Shown here in pieces: positions 43,794 through 55,712 of a stretch of DNA of 64,000 bases. The stretch's first letter is position 1. The number at the start of each line of letters is the position of its first letter. This DNA comes from Eledone cirrhosa (lineage: Eukaryota). The position numbers were made by a program, and so were the translations under genes. The notes beneath the pieces are model-generated. The model saw only the letters and a program-made list of their open reading frames with translations. It made no database searches and was not told where the DNA came from. The stretch spans positions 34,534,001-34,598,000 of the forward strand of contig OZ024751.1 in the NCBI GenBank assembly GCA_964016885.1, read 5' to 3'.

Positions 43794-43794
43794 C

Positions 43795-43810
43795 AAAAGA
43801 TTAAAACTTG

Positions 43811-43858
<48 letters not shown>

Positions 43859-43872
43859 AGTTTTAATCTTTT
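43795..43872. repeat. Short inverted repeat flanking (TA)n
   Basis: aaaagattaaaacttgtgatg (ta)n catcataagttttaatctttt. Confidence 0.85.
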
Positions 43873-43933
43873 CTGAAGGACATATTAAAGTCAGAAATTG
43901 GGTTCAATGCTATTTATGTGTTCCTGTAGTGTA

Positions 43934-44050
<117 letters not shown>

Positions 44051-46976
44051 GGTATTTATACTTTTATAGGAGTCAGTAATTGAAGTTAATTCTCCTATGT
44101 TGACACAACATCCATGTTGCCTATCGAACATTTTTACCGTCTCTCTGATCTTAGCTAGCCACAGTTTTATTTCAGATGTTTTGTTTCTGTTAATGTTTTA
44201 ACCCCAGGTCAGTTGAGGTTTAACTGACGAATGATTAAAGTTATTTTAGTTATGACCATGAAGTTTATCTCGGAATCTTCTCCAGTATAATATTCAACGT
44301 TACCATTATGTTTTAATATTGTTACAACTGGTGTGGTTGTGGTTAAAATATTTGATGTTCTTCTTTAGACTTCAATCCTAAACTGTAATCAAAGATGCTG
44401 TTATTGTATGTATTTCATGTTCAGCAATTGTGATTTCTAAATGGAAATTTCTCCATCAAATATTTCCGTTATTTGAACGAAGCTTTAAATCAAAAATAGG
44501 AAATATGTTAAATAGGTATTCTTAATGTTAAACTGTGTCCAACCGAAAGGAACGGATTTCTAACTATTTATGTTCTGTGAGTTACAACGACTTATAAAGC
44601 TACAAATGTTAATAAGATATATTGATTTGTAATTGAGACACAAGGCCAAATATTTCGGGGGAGGGGCAAAGACTTGACTCCTAATTTGTTTGATAATAAT
44701 TATTTCTAACATAAAAACAAGACCAGCAATTTGAGGAAATCTAAAGTTAACTGTGGCAGGATTTGAAGACAGAAGACAAACAGAAGGAATTCAGCAATTC
44801 ATTATATCTGAAGTTTTAATCACTTTGTCAATCAAGTCATACTCAAGAGAAATAATATTAGATATTCGAGAACTTGTAAATATATTTACATATTTCTAGT
44901 GAAAGGAAAGAGTTAGTTTACATTGATGATGGTAGTGATGGTGGTGGTAATGGTGATGATGGTGATGGTGGTGGTGATGGTGGTGGTAATGGTGATGGAT
45001 GATGGTGGTGGTGGTGGTGATGGTGGTGTTGGATGATGGTGGTGGTGGTGATGATGATGAGGATGATAATGAGGATGATGATGATAGTGGTGGTGGTATC
45101 CATGGTGATAATGATGATGATGATAACGACCAAATTATTAGACGTGGAAGCCTCTTTGTGGTCGCTCGCCCTGCTAGAAATAGCAAGCATATTTTCCTGA
45201 AATGTTTAAAAAAAAAACAGAATACACATTAGAGAATGACTAAACACAAGATACGTAGTAGCTATATAGCACAATATATTCTGTCTTTGTTTATCTCTCT
45301 ACCAATTCTTCCAAGACTAAAATATTTCTACTAGCCTAACATATATATTATTTAAGCATGGCATTTGTTCTTCAGCCAAGAGTTGCAACTGACAGAAAAT
45401 ATCGGCAATGGAAGAACCCATAGAAACTTTATTTTCTTGGTTTGATTTCAAGAATTGTTTTGTTGTTTTTTCGTTTTTCTTTTTTTTAATCCACTATATT
45501 AAAAAACAAACTCAACCAAATAAAAACCAAGTTATGTCTACCTTCTACGATACATGATTGGTCGGCATATAAGTCTTTTTTTTTGGGGGGGGGGGGTTAA
45601 TTCTGTCAGCTTATTGCGACTCTCATATTTTACAGTACTGTCTGTAAATATTCCCAGTCTATCCAGAATCTCTGACAAAATATTCCAAATATAAAGAGCG
45701 TCGTAGACAGCCATTATCGAGAGAAGTAGAAGATAAAAAAAAAACTATTTTCAATACAAAATTTCATAGTCAGAATTTTGGGTAAAAATGACAGGTTATG
45801 TTTAAAATTCATATCACAAAGCTTTTGGCAAGAACTAGTCGTTTGTCTCCGAGATTAAAAATATGAAAAAATAAACAAGAACTGCAAAAAAACCAACGAC
45901 GACGACAACAAAAGAAGAAGAAGAAGAAGAAGAAGAAGAAGAAGAAGAAGAAGAAGAAGAAGAAGAAGAAGAAATAGGAGAAGAAAGAAAATGTTAAGAA
46001 AAGCTATTAAAATATATTAATGTGTTGTATCGGAAGTTTTACATAATCATCATTATTTTATGACCACATGTTCATATGTCTGTCTACGGTGTGTATATAT
46101 AGATATACTGTGTGTACATATGTATATATTTATATATATATATATATATACATATATATATACATATGTACACACAGTATATATACACACATACACACAG
46201 TATTTATATACTGGTGTGTGTATATATATATGTGCTTTTATGTACTGTGTGTATATATGTATGTGTATGTATGTATATATATATATCTATATGTGTATAT
46301 ATGTATATATGTATGTAAATATGTACGTATGTATATGTACATGTAACTGTGTATGTATATATGTGTGTGTAATTAAATATATATATATGTGTGTGTGTGT
46401 GTGTGGATGGATGTCTAAGTGTGTGTGTGCATATATATGTGTGTATATATGCATGTATATATGTATGTGTATAATAGGTATTTATATGTTTATGCATACG
46501 TGTGTATGTATATATATATATATGTGCGTATATATGTATGTATATGTATAATATGAATATATCTTTATGCATATATGTGTGTATGAGTTCGGTAGTATAT
46601 TTTACAGGTAAAGTTGAAGGTGACTCTTACTTTATCTTTTGCTTTTTATATATATGTTGTTGTTGTTGTTATCGTGTGTGAAGGAAAGAAGTAGGAGAGG
46701 GGTGGAGTGTGAGGAAGTGGAGATGGATAGGAATTATGTGACGTCCGAATAAGTATCCTCCACCTTCCACTAACTCACCCTTTGCCTCTTGCTCCCGAAA
46801 ACCAACAGGATAGAGAATACGTTGGGCTGGAGGATGGCTGGGAGAAAGGCTGGAACAGCCACCCCACATCATGGGGCTCGGATCTGCGGGTAGCCAACTC
46901 TGCCCCGATAACTGTGAGTAGGGATGTGGTTCGGGGTTCCAAGAACACTGGAAGTCTCCACCGATACAGGCTTTGT

Positions 46977-47055
<79 letters not shown>

Positions 47056-47072
47056 ATATATATGTGTGTATG

Positions 47073-47104
<32 letters not shown>

Positions 47105-47144
47105 ATATATGTGTGTATGTATATATATATATATATATAAAGAA

Positions 47145-47300
47145 AATTAATAAATGGAAAATATCTTTATAAAACCATATCTATTTTATTATACGTATTT
47201 CAAGGGTACTAATATTTAAGTACGCTTTGGTCAGATAAAATATATTTGTCTAATTTGTTGTAAAATTAACTTTGTTGAATAATCAACAAACCATATAACT
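47145..47300 (-). mobile_element. Another copy of the 30.7/47.5 kb hammerhead family
   Basis: Minus strand attttat CTGACCA ... GAAA tacgta TA ataaaat at 47241-47183, with the same tail. Confidence 0.55.
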
Positions 47301-47415
47301 CATTGTTTATATATATATATATATATATATATAGTTTCAGAAGATCCCGTTAAGGGTGAAAGCAGCAATTCTTTGCTTAAACTTTAATCTGTTATTTTAA
47401 TAAATATATATATAC

Positions 47416-47640
47416 AATATATTAATAAATGGAAACTATATTTATAAAACCATAAATATGTTATTATATATATTTCAAAGGCGACCAAGGCAAATTATTT
47501 CCAGGTATGTCAATATTTATTTATAAAACAAATCTGTATTTTATATGATGAAAGCGCACCATAATTTGCCTTGGTTGCCTTTGAAATATATATAAAATAT
47601 TTATGGTTTTATAAATATAGTTTCCATTTATTAATATATT
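47416..47640. mobile_element. Fold-back element with a degenerate hammerhead (ATGATGA..GAAA tata TA)
   Basis: 47416-47498 is approximately the reverse complement of 47551-47640; the tail ttttataaatatagtttccattta is shared with 30841-30864. Confidence 0.7.
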
Positions 47641-48031
47641 GAATATTTACTCCACCTATTGTTGAGTGCTTTATAACAGTTATAAAATGTTTAAGCTTGT
47701 TGAATCCCAACAAATTAAATATAACCCCTGCATATTTATATATATATATGTCTGTGTTTGCCTGTGTGTGTATATGTTTGTGTGTATTCGTATGTGTGGG
47801 TGCTTGCTCTGGAGTGTGAACAGACGTGTGAGATACTGAACCCAGCATGACTCCATTGAAGTGTGTCGGACGGAAAATGGCTGATGACCCGTGTAGCAGT
47901 AAATACTGACCAGAACTTAAGATGACGTGGAGTAACAACAGCCATTGGCATGACAAGAGTGGAAGAGGTTTTTTGAGGGTGTTTTTTGATGATAACACCC
48001 CAGTGATAAAATTTGCTCCGAACGAACTACC

Positions 48032-48122
48032 CGTGTCTGAAGGAACCTGCAGCCGTAGAATCAGCCAGATCCAAACAGGGACCATGTCTCGAGCTACCTG
48101 CCGGCGAAACAATTGTAACACG
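48032..48122 (+). ncRNA. Hammerhead-like motif with long stem II, followed by AATAAA
   Basis: cgtgt CTGAAGG..about 60 nt..GAAAC aatt GTA acacg caataaa; A9 appears as G. Confidence 0.6.
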
Positions 48123-49640
48123 CAATAAATCGAGTCCAGATGCATCACTGATTTTTCGTTTTCTTTATACTATCTACACTCTAATCTGCTGAATATTGAG
48201 TGCTAATTTTGGCATACCGCCTATGGAAGCACCATAGCTACCATTATACACAAGTATATATATATAGATATAGATATATATATATTTAATTTTCGTCTGG
48301 CGTATTGGGTTCGTTTCTTCTCCATGACGTTATCGTTGTTGTTTAGCCCTGATTCATTCCTGATCGAGCAGACTTATGATCAAGGTCGTACCAGACATGA
48401 CCACTCCGTTGAGATATATGTTTCAATATAGAACAATGAGGTTCTACGTGATTTTCTTTAGTGAAGAAAGCAGGGTTATTCCATTGCTATCCTTAATAAC
48501 TATAAACAAGCAATGACCCCTGAGAACCACAAGTACGGCTGGCATAGAACAGGTGCTGTTGTTGTTGTTGCTGCTGCTGTTGGTGGTGGTGTTCACACTG
48601 GCGTTCCTCAATCACAACAGATGCTGATGTTGTTATTCACAATTACTATGATACTTAAATGTCAGTCACTGACCCTCTCCAGCCTCTGGGACACCTATTC
48701 CTCCTCTTCCTTCACCTCTACTTCCTTTTCTTACCCCTTCTCTTCCCCCTTCCCCTCATCATCATCAAACTACTACTACCACCACAAGTACTATCACCAC
48801 CACCACATTGTTATATGCACTACCCTATAACCTGACCCTTGATGTACCCCAAACTCCCCATTCGACACTAACCGCTCCGACCAATCCATTTCTTTCTGCT
48901 CTGAATGTCGTTCCACTGGAACACCCTCATCACATTCAACAAATACTGGATTTGCAACAGTTTAATCGGATAATTAACGGCATTGATATCTCGGTTCTCT
49001 GAGGGCCGATAAAGGCCATTAGCACTGCTCCTTCCTCCAGACATAAAGGTAAATATATATATATATATAAACAAGGTTCACGTGGAGGTTTCCTGTTGGT
49101 TCAGCAAATATTAAAAATATAGGTGAGTCGTGACTAATGAGAAAAGCCATATAGATCTCAGCAGTCTTAAAACACTGAAGTCAGCCGAGCAAACATTTGA
49201 AATGTAGTTTCAAATATTGCTGCTTGATATATCAAAGAGAATTTCCATTTGTAAATCCACAGCAAATTTAATAAAAGCTTTCCGTTTATTACATTAGAAA
49301 GCTGGACAATTGAAACAGTCGATAGATCTTGTTTGCAATCACATCTTTATATGCTGGCCTTAAAACATACATGTGTTGTTGGTATTGTGTTTGTTTTATT
49401 TGATATTGATGTTGTAGTTGTTGTTGCTGTTCAGTCCAAAAGTAAAATGAGATCGAGGAGATATAGGATCAAATAAGGTAAGATTCCAGCCATAATATAT
49501 ATTCCTCGTTTCCTGTATATATATACCACCGGACTGAATTACCTTTAAGTCTTCCTTGGGTCTGTTTATGTTTCACTATGTCAGGTACATAAAGCTGTAT
49601 ATATGCCAGGGGACTCTCAGCAACAGCAGCAGTAGCAGTG

Positions 49641-49685
<45 letters not shown>

Positions 49686-49768
49686 ACTAATCACAGTTCA
49701 GCACAATATGTTAATTTACCAAAGACCATATACATTATTCAAACTAACATAGTGTACCTGACACAAAC

Positions 49769-49856
<88 letters not shown>

Positions 49857-50388
49857 TGTCGGTGTAGCCAATAAGTTGCCCGAATACGCCGCTCACCATA
49901 CAAGAAGGAATAGCATTTTATATATATATATATATACACGTTCATAATGTACATACATACATATATATATACTTACATACATACATACATATATACACAC
50001 ATATATATATATATATTTACACACATACATACATAGAAACATACATAAAAAGATACATACATACTTACATACATAAACAAACAGGTCGATGACGAAGATA
50101 TAACAAAGACCCGTAATTTTTGTTAATGGTAAAGTACAAAGTACAAATAAAAAGAAAAAGAAAAACAAGAAATATAGGAAACTAACAAAGCTAAAAATGT
50201 CTTGATGAATGTGTGAAGGAAGATAGCGGCCTGACCTTAAATATAACTGGATTATCAGTTAACAATGACATACAATTAGAACCGAACGTTGTGACGGTGT
50301 TGGGTTGGGCATATATAGCACTGAATTGTTTATATATATATATAAAGATATATATATATATATATAAAGACCACTATCTCTCTCTCTT

Positions 50389-50438
<50 letters not shown>

Positions 50439-50849
50439 TGTTTGTGTGTATGTATATATAGTGCGTGTGTGCTTGTGCTAGTGTGTCTATGTAGAGCCAG
50501 TGTAGAGAAGTAAAATGTATGTTTGGTGACAAATTGTGAAAATGTTTGGATAATGAGAGGGCTGAGTGTTGAGTGTAAAATATATTGAGGGACGGAATTT
50601 ATTAAGAATGATGATTGGTGGATAGGGAAAATAGCAGAGAGAGGAAAGAAGTAACTGAAGAACACATGAAGAAGAGATAGAGAGAATGTAGCGTTGAGAG
50701 TGATAGACTAATAGATAGAAGGATAGATAGATGAGAGTGGGTAGTTGAGATGGTGAGTTGGGTGTGAGGGTAAGAAAGACAAACAGATAAGGACAGGTAA
50801 CTAGATAAAGAGGGTTTGTATATGCATAGATACACACACACACACACAC

Positions 50850-50934
<85 letters not shown>

Positions 50935-51151
50935 GAGAGAGATACACAAGTACACATAAACTCTAAATTGCAGGAATGGTGTATAATCTGCCCGAGTGTT
51001 GTGCAACAAAGATGTTCTCTCTAACAACCAGTTGTACACAACCTAAACAAAATTATACATCAGACATTTTTTACACAATCTTTTCTTTGTTTTTAAATGT
51101 TTATATTTTATTTTGTTTTTATTTTCTTCATGATTACTTCGTCTTTTATTG

Positions 51152-53310
51152 TGTCTTTCTCTGTCTAAACTCTCCTCTCTCATTCTCTATACTTGTCTCA
51201 GTCGTTATACCTCTCATTCTATCTTAACTTATCTCTCTGTCTTTCTCTGTCTAAACTCTCCTCTCTCATTCTCTATACTTGTCTCAGTCGTTATACCTCT
51301 CATTCTATCTTAACTTATCTCTCTGTCTTTCTCTGTCTAAACTCTCCTCTCTCATTCTCTATACTTGTCTCAGTCGTTATACCTCTCATTCTATCTTAAC
51401 CTATCTCTCTGTCTTTCTCTGTCTAAACTCTCCTCTCTCATTCTCTATACTTGTCTCAGTCGTTATACCTCTCATTCTATCTTAACTTATCTCTCTGTCT
51501 TTCTCTGTCTAAACTCTCCTCTCTCATTCTCTATACTTGTCTCAGTCGTTATACCTCTCATTCTATCTTAACCTATCTCTCTGTCTTTCTCTGTCTAAAC
51601 TCTCCTCTCTCATTCTCTATACTTGTCTCAGTCGTTATACCTCTCATTCTATCTTAACTTATCTCTCTGTCTTTCTCTGTCTAAACTCTCCTCTCTCATT
51701 CTCTATACTTGTCTCAGTCGTTATACCTCTCATTCTATCTTAACTTATCTCTCTGTCTTTCTCTGTCTAAACTCTCCTCTCTCATTCTCTATACTTGTCT
51801 CAGTCGTTATACCTCTCATTCTATCTTAACTTATCTCTCTGTCTTTCTCTGTCTAAACTCTCCTCTCTCATTCTCTATACTTGTCTCAGTCGTTATACCT
51901 CTCATTCTATCTTAACTTATCTCTCTGTCTTTCTCTGTCTAAACTCTCCTCTCTCATTCTCTATACTTGTCTCAGTCGTTATACCTCTCATTCTATCTTA
52001 ACTTATCTCTCTGTCTTTCTCTGTCTAAACTCTCCTCTCTCATTCTCTATACTTGTCTCAGTCGTTATACCTCTCATTCTATCTTAACTTATCTCTCTGT
52101 CTTTCTCTGTCTAAACTCTCCTCTCTCATTCTCTATACTTGTCTCAGTCGTTATACCTCTCATTCTATCTTAACCTATCTCTCTGTCTTTCTCTGTCTAA
52201 ACTCTCCTCTCTCATTCTCTATACTTGTCTCAGTCGTTATACCTCTCATTCTATCTTAACTTATCTCTCTGTCTTTCTCTGTCTAAACTCTCCTCTCTCA
52301 TTCTCTATACTTGTCTCAGTCGTTATACCTCTCATTCTATCTTAACTTATCTCTCTGTCTTTCTCTGTCTAAACTCTCCTCTCTCATTCTCTATACTTGT
52401 CTCAGTCGTTATACCTCTCATTCTATCTTAACTTATCTCTCTGTCTTTCTCTGTCTAAACTCTCCTCTCTCATTCTCTATACTTGTCTCAGTCGTTATAC
52501 CTCTCATTCTATCTTAACTTATCTCTCTGTCTTTCTCTGTCTAAACTCTCCTCTCTCATTCTCTATACTTGTCTCAGTCGTTATACCTCTCATTCTATCT
52601 TAACTTATCTCTCTGTCTTTCTCTGTCTAAACTCTCCTCTCTCATTCTCTATACTTGTCTCAGTCGTTATACCTCTCATTCTATCTTAACTTATCTCTCT
52701 GTCTTTCTCTGTCTAAACTCTCCTCTCTCATTCCCTATACTTGTCTCAGTCGTTATACCTCTCATTCTATCTTAACTTATCTCTCTGTCTTTCTCTGTCT
52801 AAACTCTCCTCTCTCATTCCCTATACTTGTCTCAGTCGTTATACCTCTCATTCTATCTTAACTTATCTCTCTGTCTTTCTCTGTCTAAACTCTCCTCTCT
52901 CATTCCCTATACTTGTCTCAGTCGTTATACCTCTCATTCTATCTTAACTTATCTCTCTGTCTTTCTCTGTCTAAACTCTCCTCTCTCATTCCCTATACTT
53001 GTCTCAGTCGTTATACCTCTCATTCTATCTTAACTTATCTCTCTGTCTTTCTCTGTCTAAACTCTCCTCTCTCATTCCCTATACTTGTCTCAGTCGTTAT
53101 ACCTCTCATTCTATCTTAACTTATCTCTCTGTCTTTCTCTGTCTAAACTCTCCTCTCTCATTCCCTATACTTGTCTCAGTCGTTATACCTCTCATTCTAT
53201 CTTAACCTATCTCTCTGTCTTTCTCTGTCTAAACTCTCCTCTCTCATTCCCTATACTTGTCTCAGTCGTTATACCTCTCATTCTATCTTAACTTATCTCT
53301 CTGTCTTTCT
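51152..53310. repeat. Homogeneous pyrimidine-rich 86-bp tandem satellite, about 25 units
   Basis: Exact 86-bp period (identical ORFs every 86 nt); only two variable positions seen. Confidence 0.98.
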
Positions 53311-53725
53311 ATCCCTACCTTTCTGTAGTTCTTTACTTATTTCTTCGGTCATAAATATTTTAAGTAGGTTACCGTATTAAACATAAGGAATGTTAACATG
53401 ATTTGGGGAGGGGGGTCTCTTTTCTTGCATTTTTTTCCCCTTATTTTATTATTTTGTGTTTAAAGAGACACTTCCTAAGTTGGGATGTTTATGATTAGAA
53501 CAAATAGTAAGAGAGGAAAATAGAAAGAGAAAAGAGAAATATTGACTAAAAAAAGAGAATTAAGAAAAAGGTGAATAAAATTAGGAGTGGAATGAATAAT
53601 GTGTGAATATGAAGAAGAAACTGAAGGAAGAATGAATATGAAAAGTGAAAAAAATAATGTGGAATATAAATACCTGGGTGTTCCAGCTAAATATAAACAC
53701 ATTCCACACACACACACACACACTC

Positions 53726-53798
<73 letters not shown>

Positions 53799-53995
53799 TT
53801 ACATTACCAAGACGACCTGGCGGTTTGACTTGTTTACTCTCTATAATTCGTTCTTTTTATTTACTACTGACAATCTTTATGTTCCGTGTCTATCCTTTGT
53901 GATTCTGCCCATATTTTCTGTACTCCTGAAGAAGGGCTAACGCCCGACACGTCCTACTTTCTTCCCCCTTTTTTTTATATAAAGCGTGAAACTAA

Positions 53996-54323
53996 AAATG
54001 TGGTATCTTAATGGCTGTACAATACCAATGATATTCAGTGCACTTGAATGGAATGATAAAAAAGGGTACTGAAAAATGTTTTGACCGGACAGCTTGAAAT
54101 CTATCTCTACAAGAGATACAGAAAATGGTACTGTCCGGTACTGCGCATGTCCTGAGAAGGGATTATTAATTTAAAAGCTTTACAAAGACATTTACTGTTG
54201 TTTGTGTCCTTGTGGCATCATTTGTGTGACAATTGATTGTAAAATGTGTGGATTATGAAATTTTACCTCAGGTGTCAAGTTGGTATGATTTGGAAAGAAG
54301 CAGAATTCAGAGAAAGTTTCATA
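53996..54323 (+). pseudogene. Old 3' fragment of another R4/Dong-like element
   Basis: Translates with one frameshift and one stop as WYLNGCTIPMIFSAL../GMIKKGTEKCFD..NLSLQEIQKMVLSGTAHVLRR*, matching the C-terminus of the intact ORF (IPIVIGALGTISKG..LQKACLLGTARTLR). Ends in an (AAC)(AAT)n tail. Confidence 0.75.
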
Positions 54324-54502
54324 CAACAACAATAATAATAATAATAATAATAAGGTGACGGAGGTCATGAAATCGCTCCCGTAAGTTTTGAATTTTTAAC
54401 ATATTTAAATCATTTGTGAAATAACAACTCTTAGTACAAATGCTACGTAAAGCACCCGGCTTGAGCCCCAAAAAAATTCGGACCCAAAATATATTGTTAT
54501 AA

Positions 54503-55137
54503 GGCTCAAATATTCAAATATTCAACTTTGTATTGTACACTGTATATCCAAAAAAAAATGACTATAAATGGAAGAAGAAGAACCCCCCCCTCCTCTCCTC
54601 TGGCTACACTATATAGGACAGCTAAACTCACCAACACCAGAAACTAGATACACCACCCACCCCATCATCTGTGTACACTAAACACAACAGCATTTTCACC
54701 TTCACCGCCACCGCTCACTACGGCCATCATTACCACCACTATCCCATCACCGCCGCCACCACCCCTTGACTCCTTCACTGCTGCTGCCACCGCTACAGCA
54801 CCATCACTACAGTAATACGGCTCAAATATTCAAATATTCAACTTTGTATTGTACACTGTATATCCAAAAAAAATAAAATGGCTATAAATGGAAGAAGAAG
54901 AACCCCCCCTCCTCTCCTCTGGCTACACTATATAGGACAGCGAAACTCACCAACACCAGAAACTAGATACACCACCCACCCCATCATCTGTGTACACTAG
55001 ACACAACAGCATTTTCACCTTCACCGCCACCGCTCACTACGGCCATCATTACCACCACTATCCCATCACCGCCGCCACCACCCCTTGACTCCTTCACTGC
55101 TGCTGCCACCGCTACAGCACCATCACTACAGTAATAC
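54503..55137. repeat. Direct tandem duplication of about 316-319 bp upstream of the R4/Dong ORF
   Basis: ggctcaaatattcaaatattcaactttg... starts at 54503 and again at 54819; the copies are near-identical. Confidence 0.95.
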
Positions 55138-55712
55138 GGTCGCATCACCGCCACCACTGCCTCGGTATCGACATCACCACCACCACTGTCTCAGTATCGC
55201 CAACGCCGCCAGTCTCTGCTGGCTGCCACTTCCACATTATAGAATTCCTACTACTAACAAAGAGGAAGGCATCAAAATATATAGATAGACTCAAAAGAAA
55301 AAAGAAAAAACAAACAACAAAAGCAGCACAGCAACAACAGCAAAAAACGAGAAAAACAAACAGAGAAAAACAAAAACAAAAAAAGACACCCCAAAAACGT
55401 AAAGAAAATAAGAATGAAGAGAGAAGCAGGCGGACGGACAGAGAAGAGGGGGGAAAAAGTAAAACTTAAAAAACAAAAACTAAGTCAGACATTCGAATAC
55501 TACATTACAATGAAACTTATGCTTATTCATTTTTGGGGCCCTTTCTGCCCGTGTGTTTGTTTGTTTATGTGTGTCCGTATACAGCGTGGTGATAATGCCA
55601 CACAAGGGCCAAGTGGGATGGCGGATCCACAGATGGCTATGTAAACATACATTCGCCAATCCTCGATAAGAGTGTTTAAATATCGAACATAAACAGTTCG
55701 AATAACGGTGAA

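Noticed and set aside
51152-53310. Repeat array as CRISPR, or as repeated 68-aa genes
   Set aside because: No unique spacers, no cas genes, eukaryotic context; the ORFs arise from the 86-bp periodicity
55535-55650. HDV-like ribozyme upstream of the R4/Dong ORF
   Set aside because: A P2-like pairing (gtttat/gtaaac) exists, but no convincing P1/P3/P1.1 could be built by eye
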